A stretch of 61,712 nucleotides of DNA from NCBI GenBank assembly GCA_013286945.1, contig JABDET010000002.1, positions 1-61,712 on the forward strand, read 5' to 3'. The stretch's first letter is position 1; every line of letters begins with the position of its first letter. Shown here piece by piece: positions 1 to 9,240 of this stretch. The position numbers and the translations under genes are program-made. This stretch comes from Candidatus Melainabacteria bacterium. Lineage in GTDB: Bacteria > Vulcanimicrobiota > JABDET01. A model generated the notes under the pieces. That model saw only the letters and a list, made by a program, of their open reading frames with translations. It was not told where the DNA came from and did no database searches.

Positions 1-404
1 TTGACGATGGACAACGTTTCTTCTCCCTGGAATAGGAGGTCAAATTGAACGTCAAGGGTTTTGCCAGGCTTCACGAGCGTTGCCTCAAAATAACCGTCAG
101 CTCGCGGAGAGCTTGCTAGCGTTATTCGAAGAAAGGAATTTCTGAGCTTTGCTTCCTGACTCTGAGGAACCAGCTCGGCGTACGCGAAGATGAGGAGGGC
201 TTGTTCCTTGAGGTTTCGATTCAGCAGGGGGAGATTAAAACGAAGGGAAAGTTCCGCTCCCTTCTCGAGCTTAACAAACGTGTTGGCATGATCTGAATCG
301 ACTTGGAGATCGGCATCTCCCCGAAACTTTAACGAGAGCCGGTCAAGAGCAAACAGTAAAAGGATGCCCAAAAAGAGAACGAAGCAAATCATAAGGAGGG
401 TCAT
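1..404 (-). CDS. hypothetical membrane-anchored protein, C-terminal part cut by window edge
   Basis: Minus-strand frame is open from ATG 404 to the window edge. It is absent from the ORF track because no stop lies in the window. My translation MTLLMICFVLFLGILLLFALDRLSLKFRGDADLQVDSDHANTFVK... shows one N-terminal hydrophobic helix. It lies 12 nt downstream of the stop of the preceding same-strand gene. Confidence 0.4.
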   Translation of the reverse strand, partial: MTLLMICFVLFLGILLLFALDRLSLKFRGDADLQVDSDHANTFVKLEKGAELSLRFNLPLLNRNLKEQALLIFAYAELVPQSQEAKLRNSFLRITLASSPRADGYFEATLVKPGKTLDVQFDLLFQGEETLSIV

Positions 405-416
405 AGACCCTAAAGG

Positions 417-1199
417 TTACTCTTTTGAAACCCTGGCTTCCTTCTGTTCATAGATGAGGAAGATGTTCGTCATCATTCGTGCTGGCCTCACCACAATTTT
501 TCCACGGTAGTACAGTGCGGTGGACGAGCCTCCATCCAAGGCGATTGCATGCTCGGCTCCAAGGCTCTTCATAATCCAAGCCATATCGCGAAGTCTGATG
601 GGAGTTCGGACCGACACGAGCAACAGCTTGCGGTTTCGCGTGATACCCAGAGCGCTTCGGCTGGCAGGCCGGAATAAGGCGGGATCATGAAATCTTTCAA
701 GTGAAGGGTAAACGTGCGTATGCCCGTTTTGCACCAACGTTGGGCCGGTGGAAAGAACCACTTTGTAGCTCTTCCACGGGAAGTTCTTCAGATCGCGGAT
801 CTTATAAAAACCAACCTGGTTACTCTTATCAAAACAAACGGCAGTCCCGTGGGATCCCATTTGAAACATCTGGCCATCTGCGGCCAATGTTCCTACCGGA
901 ATAAACGTCCGGGTATCATAGTACGTTCCATTGATCGCCGCCGTGGGCTGAGTCTTCCCAACCATGAAGTGAAAGGTTTCATGAGGGAAAGAGCGATTGC
1001 TGGGATGATGGGAAGCCACGTACAAATCAAGTGCCACGCGGTCTGAATTAAGGTCAGCGGTGACGACGTACGCACGAACGTGGCCTACTTTGACTTTTTG
1101 GTAGGTCACTGACTGACTTTGCCCAACTCCCGGTGTGGAGAGGAAAAAGCAAATAAAAAAGAAGACCACCAAAACATGATCCACTTTCACTTTTATCAA
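417..1199 (-). CDS. phosphodiester glycosidase family protein (DUF2233/NAGPA-like), secreted
   Basis: Motifs AINGTYYD, STGPTLVQNGH, RSALGITRNRKLLLVSV and AIALDGGSSTALYY are typical of DUF2233. The track ORF extends to TTG 1253. I prefer TTG 1199 or GTG 1190, because AAGGAGGGAAAGG lies upstream and the product then starts with a signal-peptide-like IKVKVDHVLVVFFFICFFLSTPGVG. Confidence 0.7.
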   Translation of the reverse strand: MIKVKVDHVLVVFFFICFFLSTPGVGQSQSVTYQKVKVGHVRAYVVTADLNSDRVALDLYVASHHPSNRSFPHETFHFMVGKTQPTAAINGTYYDTRTFIPVGTLAADGQMFQMGSHGTAVCFDKSNQVGFYKIRDLKNFPWKSYKVVLSTGPTLVQNGHTHVYPSLERFHDPALFRPASRSALGITRNRKLLLVSVRTPIRLRDMAWIMKSLGAEHAIALDGGSSTALYYRGKIVVRPARMMTNIFLIYEQKEARVSKE

Positions 1200-1336
1200 A
1201 TGCTCACAATCCTTTCCCTCCTTTATTGTAACACAATCTATTGAAAATAGCAAGTACTGGAGCCGTTTTTACACTACCAGGGAACTTAAAGAGGCAGCGC
1301 GAAAAGGCTAAGAGTGAGAAAAGGGGACGCCAGGGC

Positions 1337-2962
1337 ATGAAGGGTAAAGTAACCATTCTTTGCAGTCCAAATTTCAAGTTTTTTGCAGGACGAGACGAGG
1401 AAGAGCTGTTCCTTTACCGAGAAAAAAATCGCGTTTGGCAAAAGAAACTCCCTGATCCCGATACAACCCTCGTGGGTGTTGCCAACAATGGAACGATCCT
1501 CGTTTCCACGCTTGAAGGGTTGTTTACTTACGGAGAAAAGGGGGAAAATGATCCCGCTCCGATTGAACGCTATCGTCAAGCTGTTTTAGGAGCGGATGGG
1601 ACCGTTCTTCGAAAGATCGTGTTTCTGGAACAAGGGAGCGGATTCATTGCAGAGAAGCTCACGGAAAAAAAGGACAATTCTCTCCTTGGAAGACTCAAGC
1701 CGGGGGGAGATTCCCGACAGCTTCGTTTTGAAATTGTCCGGTACAATCTTTTTGACGACAGCGAAGAACAAGTTTGGCAATTTACCACAGAACATGGGAA
1801 GGGGAATTTTTTCTGGGCAGCCACGAGCGGTTTAAACTACCTGGCTGCTGCAGAAAAAAGGTCCAAAGTTTTCCCCGGAAGAGGATTTCAAACCCAAGTT
1901 TTTCTTTATGACCTAACCAATGGAAAGAGTCTTTATAATGCTACACTTCCTGATGCGCAGATGAGCGAACTTTGCTTAAGTCAGGAAGGGCTTTTGTTTC
2001 TTCGAGTTGATTCCGAAAATGAGACTCAATTGGTGGGTGTTTATCCCGATGGAAGAAAATTTTTCATTACCCCTGCTGCCGTTGATCCTCATTTGCATCA
2101 CGTCGGAAAAGAATGTGTGGTCCTTTTCGATCGAAGTCGAAAGGCGTATTACTTTAAGACCTTTGACGATCGACTTCGATTCTCAATGGACATGCAGATT
2201 CTCGATGAAATCAAGGCACAATACACCCTCTTCTTCAGGCCCAATGATGATGTGGTCTTAGCAGGCTTTGACCAGGCGGACGACACGTTTAGAGTTTCAT
2301 ACAGCACCATCGAAGATTTGCAAATCGAATACAAACGATGGCAGCTTCAAGCCAAATCGGCCAAAGAGTTGGTGGTTCAAGAAACGCGTACCAAAGAAAC
2401 GGAAATCATAGAGAAAAAGAGACAAGAAGAAGCCTTTGCAGAAAAAAAAGCCATGTTTCATTCAGCCTTGCTGGAAGAAACCATCAAACCGAAATCCATT
2501 TCTCTCGAATCCGCTTTTGAAAAACCTGCCGCATCGTCAGAAGCCAAGCCAACGGTTCCTTCAGGAGGTGCGGCATCAAAGAGTCCTTCCGCATCGCGGA
2601 AAACGGAGGTTGCCAAAGAACTGGAGCGAGTGAAGCTTCAACTCATTACCGGGGCAATTTCTGAGCTGGAAGCCGAAACCAAGCGAAACGAATTGGCGCT
2701 CCAATTGGAAAGTCCTGATAGCAACCGAGAAACCGAGAGTACTCCGACCAAACAACTCGCACTTGCTCCACTGGATGAATCGCTTCTTCCAGTCCAAAAT
2801 GAATCGGCTGAAAAGGGGCGATTGCTGGAGCTACTTGAAAAAATCGAAGAACGATTTATCCGAGGAGAAGTTACTGAATCAACTTATTTGGAACTCAAGC
2901 GTAAATATCAAAAGAAATTGAACGATTTCTTGATGAGCGAAGATCCCCCCAACCTTTTTTGA
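1337..2962 (+). CDS. hypothetical protein: beta-rich N-terminal region, Lys/Glu coiled-coil middle, two SHOCT-like C-terminal motifs
   Basis: ORF 1241..2962. ATG 1337 is preferred because AAGGGGA lies about 10 nt upstream and it avoids overlap with the divergent gene. No family recognised. C-terminal LELLEKIEERFIRGEVTESTYLELKRKY and LQLITGAISELEAETKRNEL resemble SHOCT motifs. Confidence 0.6.
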   Translation: MKGKVTILCSPNFKFFAGRDEEELFLYREKNRVWQKKLPDPDTTLVGVANNGTILVSTLEGLFTYGEKGENDPAPIERYRQAVLGADGTVLRKIVFLEQGSGFIAEKLTEKKDNSLLGRLKPGGDSRQLRFEIVRYNLFDDSEEQVWQFTTEHGKGNFFWAATSGLNYLAAAEKRSKVFPGRGFQTQVFLYDLTNGKSLYNATLPDAQMSELCLSQEGLLFLRVDSENETQLVGVYPDGRKFFITPAAVDPHLHHVGKECVVLFDRSRKAYYFKTFDDRLRFSMDMQILDEIKAQYTLFFRPNDDVVLAGFDQADDTFRVSYSTIEDLQIEYKRWQLQAKSAKELVVQETRTKETEIIEKKRQEEAFAEKKAMFHSALLEETIKPKSISLESAFEKPAASSEAKPTVPSGGAASKSPSASRKTEVAKELERVKLQLITGAISELEAETKRNELALQLESPDSNRETESTPTKQLALAPLDESLLPVQNESAEKGRLLELLEKIEERFIRGEVTESTYLELKRKYQKKLNDFLMSEDPPNLF

Positions 2963-2964
2963 AT

Positions 2965-2994
2965 TTGACACCCCCTTCCCATCTTTTTTAGATT
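2965..2994 (+). promoter_or_regulatory. candidate sigma70 promoter for hup (TTGACA-18-TAGATT)
   Basis: TTGACA at 2965-2970 and TAGATT at 2989-2994. This would give a 5' UTR of about 105 nt. Confidence 0.35.
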
Positions 2995-3104
2995 CCATGG
3001 GAAAAGACCAATTTTTTTTTGAAAGGAAGAGGAGGAGTTCAAGTCTGGGCACAAGAAAGACAAGGAATCGTAATTTAAAATTATAAAAGAAAGGAGTGGG
3101 AAGA

Positions 3105-3401
3105 ATGGCAGAAAAAAAGGCTAAAGTACTCACCAAGGCGGCTCTCATCGAGCAGATCGCTAAGAAGACGAAGTTGACGAAGAAAGAGACCGAGAAAACA
3201 TTGAATTCTCTCTTCGATACCGTCAAAGAGACGCTAAAGCGTGGTCAAAAGGTTCAGCTGATTCCTTTTGGCAGTTTCGAAGTACGCCACCGTGCAGCAC
3301 GGAACGGACGAAATCCACGAACCGGCGCCCGGATCACCATCCGAGCTCGCAAGGTTCCAGCATTTCGACCTGGCAAAGCTTTGAAAGAAGCGGTTCGATA
3401 A
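3105..3401 (+). CDS. hup: DNA-binding protein HU/IHF family
   Basis: LTKKETEKTLNSLFDTV...GQKVQLIPFGSFEVRHRAARNGRNPRTGARITIRARKVPAFRPGKALKEAV is the classic HU arm. AAAGGAG SD lies before ATG 3105. Confidence 0.9.
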   Translation: MAEKKAKVLTKAALIEQIAKKTKLTKKETEKTLNSLFDTVKETLKRGQKVQLIPFGSFEVRHRAARNGRNPRTGARITIRARKVPAFRPGKALKEAVR

Positions 3402-3420
3402 TAGGGACTGATAAATTGAG

Positions 3421-3452
3421 GAGGGAGGGGTTGTTAGACCCTCTCTTTTTTT
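3421..3452 (+). terminator. rho-independent terminator after hup
   Basis: GAGGGAGGGGT / ACCCTCTC stem with one bulge and a 6-nt loop, followed by T7 (3446-3452). Confidence 0.65.
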
Positions 3453-3494
3453 CTGCTTTCTTTCTTCTTCTCTGTTCGCGAATGGCAATTCCAC

Positions 3495-4529
3495 ATGGGG
3501 TTTCGAGAGGCTTCTAACTTGAGTTCAGCAACGAAGACCCAAATGTTCCGCGAAATCCTTGAGCAGCCAGAAAATCTTGAGAGACTTTGGATTGGACGGA
3601 ATGACTTTGTTCGACTGGCAAAAAAGGTTTCCAAGAGTTCCATGATTTACTTCACTGCTTTCGGGAGCTCCTATAACGCTGCATTATATGCTCAATATTT
3701 GCTGTACCATTTTTTGGGACTTCCTTCGGTGGTGGCCACACCCACCTTTTTCTTAAATCCGCGAAAAAAGCTTCGAGAGAAGGCTGGTCTTGCCATTGCC
3801 ATCTCGCAATCAGGGAAAGTGCATGAAGTCATTCTCGCGATACAAGCATTAAGAAAAGCAGGCTTGCAGACCCTCGCCATAACAAACAACGCGAATTCTG
3901 ATCTTGCCAAAAATTGCCACGACGTGCTTCCGTTGCAAGCAGGCCCAGAAAAAAGTGTTCCTGCCACCAAGACGTTTACAGCCACCTTGTTCAGTCTTCA
4001 ATTGCTGGTGGCGCATTGGGGGGCAAAATCGATGCTTCGTGGGCTTTCACAGACACCAAGCTTGTGCCAGAAGATTTTGGAAGGCACGCACGAAATGAAG
4101 CTCGTGGCTTCCAGATTGGGTACGGCGACGCGAGGGTTTGTGCTAGCCCCAGAAGCGTTAAGACCCATAGCTCTTGAAGGAAGTTTAAAGCTTAACGAAT
4201 GTGCTTATCTGATGGCTGAACCGTTTGAGTGGAAAGAATTCTTTCATGGCCCAGTGGCTTTAGCCGAGAGAGAAACACCCGCATTGCTTCTTCGTCAGCC
4301 TGACGATTTGAAATCTTCGTTTCAAGTGGAGAAGCTCCTTAAGAAAATTGGGGTTCGATCACTTCCGATAGGACTGGAAAGATTTAAAGAGATCAAAGAC
4401 TCCAACATGGCCGCAATCCCCTTTACCCTTCTCTTTCAATTGATCGCCCATCATCTTGCACTCCTTCGCGGAAGGAATCCCGATCATCCCCGTCATCTGC
4501 AAAAGGTTACCCAAACTCCCATCGGATGA
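3495..4529 (+). CDS. SIS-domain sugar isomerase/deaminase (GlmS C-terminal-like, no glutaminase domain)
   Basis: EILEQPENL, FGSSYNAALYAQY and AISQSGKVHEV...LAITNNANSDLAK are SIS signatures, and the length fits two SIS domains. Alternative start is ATG 3543. Confidence 0.7.
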   Translation: MGFREASNLSSATKTQMFREILEQPENLERLWIGRNDFVRLAKKVSKSSMIYFTAFGSSYNAALYAQYLLYHFLGLPSVVATPTFFLNPRKKLREKAGLAIAISQSGKVHEVILAIQALRKAGLQTLAITNNANSDLAKNCHDVLPLQAGPEKSVPATKTFTATLFSLQLLVAHWGAKSMLRGLSQTPSLCQKILEGTHEMKLVASRLGTATRGFVLAPEALRPIALEGSLKLNECAYLMAEPFEWKEFFHGPVALAERETPALLLRQPDDLKSSFQVEKLLKKIGVRSLPIGLERFKEIKDSNMAAIPFTLLFQLIAHHLALLRGRNPDHPRHLQKVTQTPIG

Positions 4530-5584
4530 AGATACTTGTTGCTGGAGGGGGGGCGGTCGGGTCATATCTGGCGGGAAAGCTTTCCTTGGCCAAGCATGAC
4601 GTTGTCGTCCTTAACCGCAACCTTGACTATTGTGGTGCGGTAAATCGGCGAGGTCTCACCATCGTGGATGAAGGAGTTTCTTCGGTGGCTTCTGTGAGAG
4701 CTTATTTGGAGCTTTCGGATCTCTTCAACAAGGAAGGGGAATTTTCGCTGGCGATCATCACGGTAAAGGGGTTTTCAACTCGGGGGCTCTTCGAAAGCAT
4801 GTCCAGTTACTTTCAACACGTGGAACATTACCTTTCGGTTCAAAATGGGCTTGGCAACGAGGAAACAATTCTTTCTTTTCTTTCACCAGACTGGTTAACG
4901 GCTGGAAGCTTAACCACCGCAGTCACGATCAAGCAACCTGGACGGGTTGAAGCAGAAAACAGAGGAGGATTGGCGCTCGCTTCCATTCTCCCAGGTTCGC
5001 CGCCTGGTTGGGAAGTCGATCTTTTTAAGAAGGCTCGCTTTCGAATTCAGGTTCGCCGCGATTGGAAGTCAATGAAATGGTCAAAACTGTTGCTCAACAT
5101 TCTCGCTAACGCCACCTGCGCGTTGTTTGACATGTCGGCTGAAGAAGTCTTTGGCAATCCTGCCACATTCAGACTTGAACGGGAAGCCTTTCTTGAGGCC
5201 GTTTCTATCATGAAAGCCAACGGACTTTCTCCCGTATCACTTCCATGTCAGCCTGTTCCGTTTTATGCTTGGGCGATTCGCACGCTTCCGGAAGCTTTGT
5301 TGCGTGCTGCTTTCAAGCGTAAGATGGCCAAGGGGCGTGGAAACAAATTGGCTTCGCTTCACCTTGACTTCGTGCAGGGGAAGAAAGAAACCGAATGGCC
5401 TTATCTTTATGGCGCACTTGTTGAAAGTGCAAGAGAAAAGGGGATCAAGGCTCCGGTCCTTGAGACAATTTGCTTTTTTCTTGAAGAAGTGAGTTCGGGA
5501 CGGATTGCTCGCCAAACACTTTGGAAGAACCCTGAACTGGTGATTCGACAAGTATTAGAAGCGAAACGGGGGCTTACCCGTTAG
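4526..5584 (+). CDS. panE: 2-dehydropantoate 2-reductase (PanE/ApbA family)
   Basis: N-terminal MKILVAGGGAVGSYLAGKL Rossmann motif, WSKLLLN motif, and ATGA overlap with the upstream stop. Confidence 0.65.
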   Translation: MKILVAGGGAVGSYLAGKLSLAKHDVVVLNRNLDYCGAVNRRGLTIVDEGVSSVASVRAYLELSDLFNKEGEFSLAIITVKGFSTRGLFESMSSYFQHVEHYLSVQNGLGNEETILSFLSPDWLTAGSLTTAVTIKQPGRVEAENRGGLALASILPGSPPGWEVDLFKKARFRIQVRRDWKSMKWSKLLLNILANATCALFDMSAEEVFGNPATFRLEREAFLEAVSIMKANGLSPVSLPCQPVPFYAWAIRTLPEALLRAAFKRKMAKGRGNKLASLHLDFVQGKKETEWPYLYGALVESAREKGIKAPVLETICFFLEEVSSGRIARQTLWKNPELVIRQVLEAKRGLTR

Positions 5585-5596
5585 GGATTGCTCGTC

Positions 5597-5941
5597 TTAC
5601 GGATTATTCTCGAAACTCTCGAGGATTCGCAGGTATTTTTGCCAGTAGTCAAGATACTTTCGGAGGTTTTGGTAATAGCGATCAAGGGTTTCCAAGTGCC
5701 TTGGATCCGACTTAATCTTTTCAATGATCGCGGCCTGCATCTTTTTCAACGCTTCTGGATTTTTGTTCCCGAAGGCTATGCCAAGAAAGTCAGCCACGAC
5801 CTCTTCAACCGACAAGTTGTTCTTGGCTTTCAGGTTTAGGGCGTGTTCGCGGGCCAGGTTTAACAAGGAATGTCCTTGCCTGTCTTTTGGGGTGGCTTCT
5901 GCCACGTTGGCTGGCTCCTGGGATGATCTCATAATGAACAT
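5597..5941 (-). CDS. hypothetical small protein, divergent from flgB operon
   Basis: 114-aa ORF with no recognised motif. Helical Lys/Glu-rich C-terminus. Convergent with panE. Confidence 0.4.
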   Translation of the reverse strand: MFIMRSSQEPANVAEATPKDRQGHSLLNLAREHALNLKAKNNLSVEEVVADFLGIAFGNKNPEALKKMQAAIIEKIKSDPRHLETLDRYYQNLRKYLDYWQKYLRILESFENNP

Positions 5942-6071
5942 AACCCCTTCTTTGAAATTGCTTCCAAAGTCTATTTTCTAACTGTTTCACGACATCCTTC
6001 CCTTTTGTCAAGATCTCAAGATCGTAAAGATTTTCATCTGAAATTCAGAATGTTTACATGTTTGTAACAAG

Positions 6072-6100
6072 TTGATAATCAATCGTTAATAGCATAGTAC
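6072..6100 (+). promoter_or_regulatory. weak candidate promoter for flgB operon (TTGATA-17-TAGTAC) in AT-rich spacer
   Basis: TTGATA at 6072-6077, 17-nt spacer, TAGTAC at 6095-6100. The surrounding 6000-6125 region is AT-rich. Confidence 0.25.
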
Positions 6101-6144
6101 TAAAATTAAAACAAGAGAATGCTGAATTGGAAAGGAGCGCTAAG

Positions 6145-6543
6145 GTGAGTTACCGAGACAAATTTTTTGGCGGCTACGCTGAATACATGAGGACTGCGCT
6201 GGATGCCATTGCCCTCCAGCAGAAAGCCACCGCTCAAAACATCGCCAATGTCAACAACGCCAACTACCATCCAGAACATGTAAATTTCCAGGATCACCTG
6301 AAGAAGATGTATGACAAGATGTGGGGAGGGGAAGGGGATCTGGATGTCAAGCTTGACTTTGACCCGGAGATCGCCGGAGAGGAAGCCCAATCTCCGGCGA
6401 GTGTCGTGCGGGACCCAGTCAATCACGTCGATCTCAACCATGAAATGGCCGATCTCTCAAGGATTCAGGTGATGTACGCTGTTGCTGAAAATGCAGGTCG
6501 CAATAGTTTTTCCAAATATGTCATTGAAACGTTAACCAAATAG
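6145..6543 (+). CDS. flgB: flagellar basal-body rod protein FlgB
   Basis: NIANVNNANYHP rod-protein N-terminal signature. GTG 6145 is preceded by AAAGGAG. Confidence 0.9.
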   Translation: MSYRDKFFGGYAEYMRTALDAIALQQKATAQNIANVNNANYHPEHVNFQDHLKKMYDKMWGGEGDLDVKLDFDPEIAGEEAQSPASVVRDPVNHVDLNHEMADLSRIQVMYAVAENAGRNSFSKYVIETLTK

Positions 6544-6554
6544 GAGGAATAGCC

Positions 6555-7010
6555 GTGGGAATTTTTGATACATTTAATATCGCTGCAAGTGGGATGACCG
6601 CCCAACGAGATCAGATGGATCTCATTGCCACCAACATTGCCAATGTCAACACAACGCATACGGTGGCCGGGGGGCCCTACCGCCGGCAAGTGGCTATCTT
6701 CCGAGAAAAGATGAACTTCGATCAATTTTTTACCCCAGCTTCCTTTGGATTTGACCATGACGATCCTGATCAAGCACTTGGCGGAGGGGTGACCATGGCG
6801 GGCGTGGTGCGTGATTCAGCTCCGCTTAAAAAGGTTTATGACCCGAACAACCCAGACGCCGATGAGCATGGCTACGTGAGCATGCCCAATGTCGATTTAA
6901 TCACGGAAATGACGAACATGATTCAAGCAAGCCGTGGCTATGAAGCCAATGCAATGGTTGTTGAATCAACCAAAACAATGTTAATGAAAGCACTTGATTT
7001 TACACGTTGA
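6555..7010 (+). CDS. flgC: flagellar basal-body rod protein FlgC
   Basis: GMTAQRDQMDLIATNIANVNTT and C-terminal SRGYEANAMVVES. TAGGAGGAA SD. Confidence 0.92.
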   Translation: MGIFDTFNIAASGMTAQRDQMDLIATNIANVNTTHTVAGGPYRRQVAIFREKMNFDQFFTPASFGFDHDDPDQALGGGVTMAGVVRDSAPLKKVYDPNNPDADEHGYVSMPNVDLITEMTNMIQASRGYEANAMVVESTKTMLMKALDFTR

Positions 7011-7027
7011 GCTCTTAGGAGGATAAA

Positions 7028-7357
7028 ATGAGTTTCATGCCATTACAACCCATCGTTCCCCTCACCGATCCGTCCAAAAACGCTCAAGTGGAGTCGTTCT
7101 TCGCGGATGGCCAAAAAAATCAACCGGGCCCGCATCAGCTTCCTTTTGAAAACTATCTGCAACAAGCCTTGGTCGGTGTGAACGACAGCGTTATTAACAT
7201 GGCGCAGGGTTATCAAAGGGTCTTGTCTGGAGACGTCAACTATTTGCACCAAGCCACGTTGGCAGAAAATCAAACCGAAGTTTTGCTCAAGCTTGCCACC
7301 GCGGTTGCTTCTAAGATTACATCCAATGCGACAACCTTATTCCAAATGCAATTCTAA
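7028..7357 (+). CDS. fliE: flagellar hook-basal body complex protein FliE
   Basis: Size, position after flgC, and C-terminal LLKLATAVASKITSNATTLFQMQF. Confidence 0.85.
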   Translation: MSFMPLQPIVPLTDPSKNAQVESFFADGQKNQPGPHQLPFENYLQQALVGVNDSVINMAQGYQRVLSGDVNYLHQATLAENQTEVLLKLATAVASKITSNATTLFQMQF

Positions 7358-7393
7358 TCGCAGTCTTAACCAAGATCGAGGAGGACAGATAGC

Positions 7394-9049
7394 ATGGCTA
7401 CGGGAACAGCACCAGTGACGGGAACGGTTCGGACAGGGATGACAGGAATGCGCCCCCCCCAGTCAAGACAGCCTATTTGGGCTCGAATGCTGCAATGGTG
7501 GAACACGCAGACCCAAAAGCAGCGCACGATGTGGTCCATGGTGGCCGTTGGGGCTGTTCTTGCAGTCGGACTTCTGTTCACGATTCATAAAACCACCGCC
7601 TATGTTCCACTGTATGAAAATGCTCTTTCTTCGGATGACATCTCCGATGTGACCTCGACACTGGCTAAGCTGAACATCCCGTATGACAAGACGCTGGATA
7701 ATCACGTGACTGTTTCTCCAAGCAAAAAGGTGCAAGCGTTAACCGAATTGACCCGAGAAGGAATTCCGCACCATCCATTCACTGAATCTACAACAGGGTC
7801 TACCACTCAAACTCCGGAGCAATTTACTGAAGAACAACGGCGAAGTTTAGAGCGAGATATTACCACGGTGTTGCGCCAATTCGACGAGGTGGCAGATGCC
7901 AATGTGAAGCTGGTCATCCCTCCAGAAAATGCCATCTTTTTTGGGGATGATAAAGAACATTCAAAAGCAGCGGTTGTCTTGAAGCTGAGAGCTGGCTACG
8001 ATAAGCTCCCATTAGACAAGGCAAGAGCGATTGTAAACATGGTGGCTGCCTCGGTTCCGAAACTCCAACCAGAGAATGTGGAACTGACCGACACCAATGG
8101 GCGACTTTTGAGTGAAATGCTAAAAAAATCAGAAGATGAGATGGCACCGAATGGCATGATTGAACAGAAAAAGGCGCTTCAGCAACAACTTGAGTCACAA
8201 ATTCGACAAGTCTTGGATGGACCGATTGGTTCTGGCAAATACGCTTTGGTCGTCAATGCTGAACTCGACTGGAACAAGGTTAAGCGGGTCGAACAAATTC
8301 ATGGGAGCCAGCTTAATGTCAGAGGCATTTTGCCCCTCGAACGAAAGGTAGATTCGGAAACCTATACAAAGAACGGCACGCAACAACAAAGCTCTCCCGG
8401 AGTAAAACCGCTAGCGTACTCAAATGAAGAGTCAGGCGGAGGAGTCAAAGGGGGAAATTATGTTCGGACATCGACCATTGAAAAAAACATTCCCAATTCC
8501 ACGGAGACTCAGACCGAATTTACTCCCGGCCAAGTGAAACGGCTGACTGCTTCCGTTTTCACGGATGAACAATTAAGTGATGAAGTTAAGAACCAGTACA
8601 GAGCTGCAGTAGAAGGAGCCATTGGCTTTGATCCGGAGCGAGGCGACAGGGTTTTCTTCGGGATGCTCCCCTTTCATTCTCATGAAATTCAAAACATGGC
8701 TACCGCGATGAACAACCCCGGTTGGCTAGGACGTGATTCTTCACCTTTCTCAGGCGGCTTGCTCATGCGGGTTGTTCTCGGAGCCTTAATTGCGGGAGTC
8801 GTTGGCGTTGGGCTGTATCTATTCCGAGAACAAAAAGCACAAATGGAGAAAACACAGCTGGTTCTTTCCGCAAGCCCTGCCACAACGGTTTCGGACATCA
8901 GCGATCTTTTAAACGAAAAAACAGGAAAAGTCACGGTTCCAGAAACGTCGCAACCGGTGGCACAAACGCAGAAGCTAGAGCAGTTAGTGAAGGAAAAGCC
9001 AACCAAAGTGGCTGAGCTTCTGAAAACAACCTGGCTTGCAGAAAAGTAA
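7394..9049 (+). CDS. fliF: flagellar M-ring protein FliF
   Basis: 551 aa with a TM helix near the N-terminus and a second near the C-terminus. YscJ/FliF-like LAKLNIPYD. Position before fliG. Confidence 0.9.
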   Translation: MATGTAPVTGTVRTGMTGMRPPQSRQPIWARMLQWWNTQTQKQRTMWSMVAVGAVLAVGLLFTIHKTTAYVPLYENALSSDDISDVTSTLAKLNIPYDKTLDNHVTVSPSKKVQALTELTREGIPHHPFTESTTGSTTQTPEQFTEEQRRSLERDITTVLRQFDEVADANVKLVIPPENAIFFGDDKEHSKAAVVLKLRAGYDKLPLDKARAIVNMVAASVPKLQPENVELTDTNGRLLSEMLKKSEDEMAPNGMIEQKKALQQQLESQIRQVLDGPIGSGKYALVVNAELDWNKVKRVEQIHGSQLNVRGILPLERKVDSETYTKNGTQQQSSPGVKPLAYSNEESGGGVKGGNYVRTSTIEKNIPNSTETQTEFTPGQVKRLTASVFTDEQLSDEVKNQYRAAVEGAIGFDPERGDRVFFGMLPFHSHEIQNMATAMNNPGWLGRDSSPFSGGLLMRVVLGALIAGVVGVGLYLFREQKAQMEKTQLVLSASPATTVSDISDLLNEKTGKVTVPETSQPVAQTQKLEQLVKEKPTKVAELLKTTWLAEK

Positions 9050-9076
9050 TCGAGATCCACGCAGTGGATCTCGATT
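9048..9076 (+). other. perfect 13-bp stem / 3-nt loop hairpin overlapping the fliF stop codon
   Basis: AATCGAGATCCAC-GCA-GTGGATCTCGATT. No U-tract follows. Confidence 0.7.
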
Positions 9077-9151
9077 ATCCTGAGCGAAGCGAAGGATCTC
9101 GAGAAACCCGGAGTCAGGCGTTGAGATAAAAGAGTCTTTGTGTTCGCGGGC

Positions 9152-9180
9152 TTGCCACTGTGAGCCTGATTTGGTACAAT
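9152..9180 (+). promoter_or_regulatory. sigma70-type promoter with extended -10 upstream of fliG
   Basis: TTGCCA (9152-9157), 17-nt spacer ending in TGg, TACAAT (9175-9180). Confidence 0.55.
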
Positions 9181-9240
9181 AGTAGGAGAAGCCCGCTTTG
9201 CTGTTGGGGTTCGCGAGAACAGGCGTGAGGGGAGTGGAAC

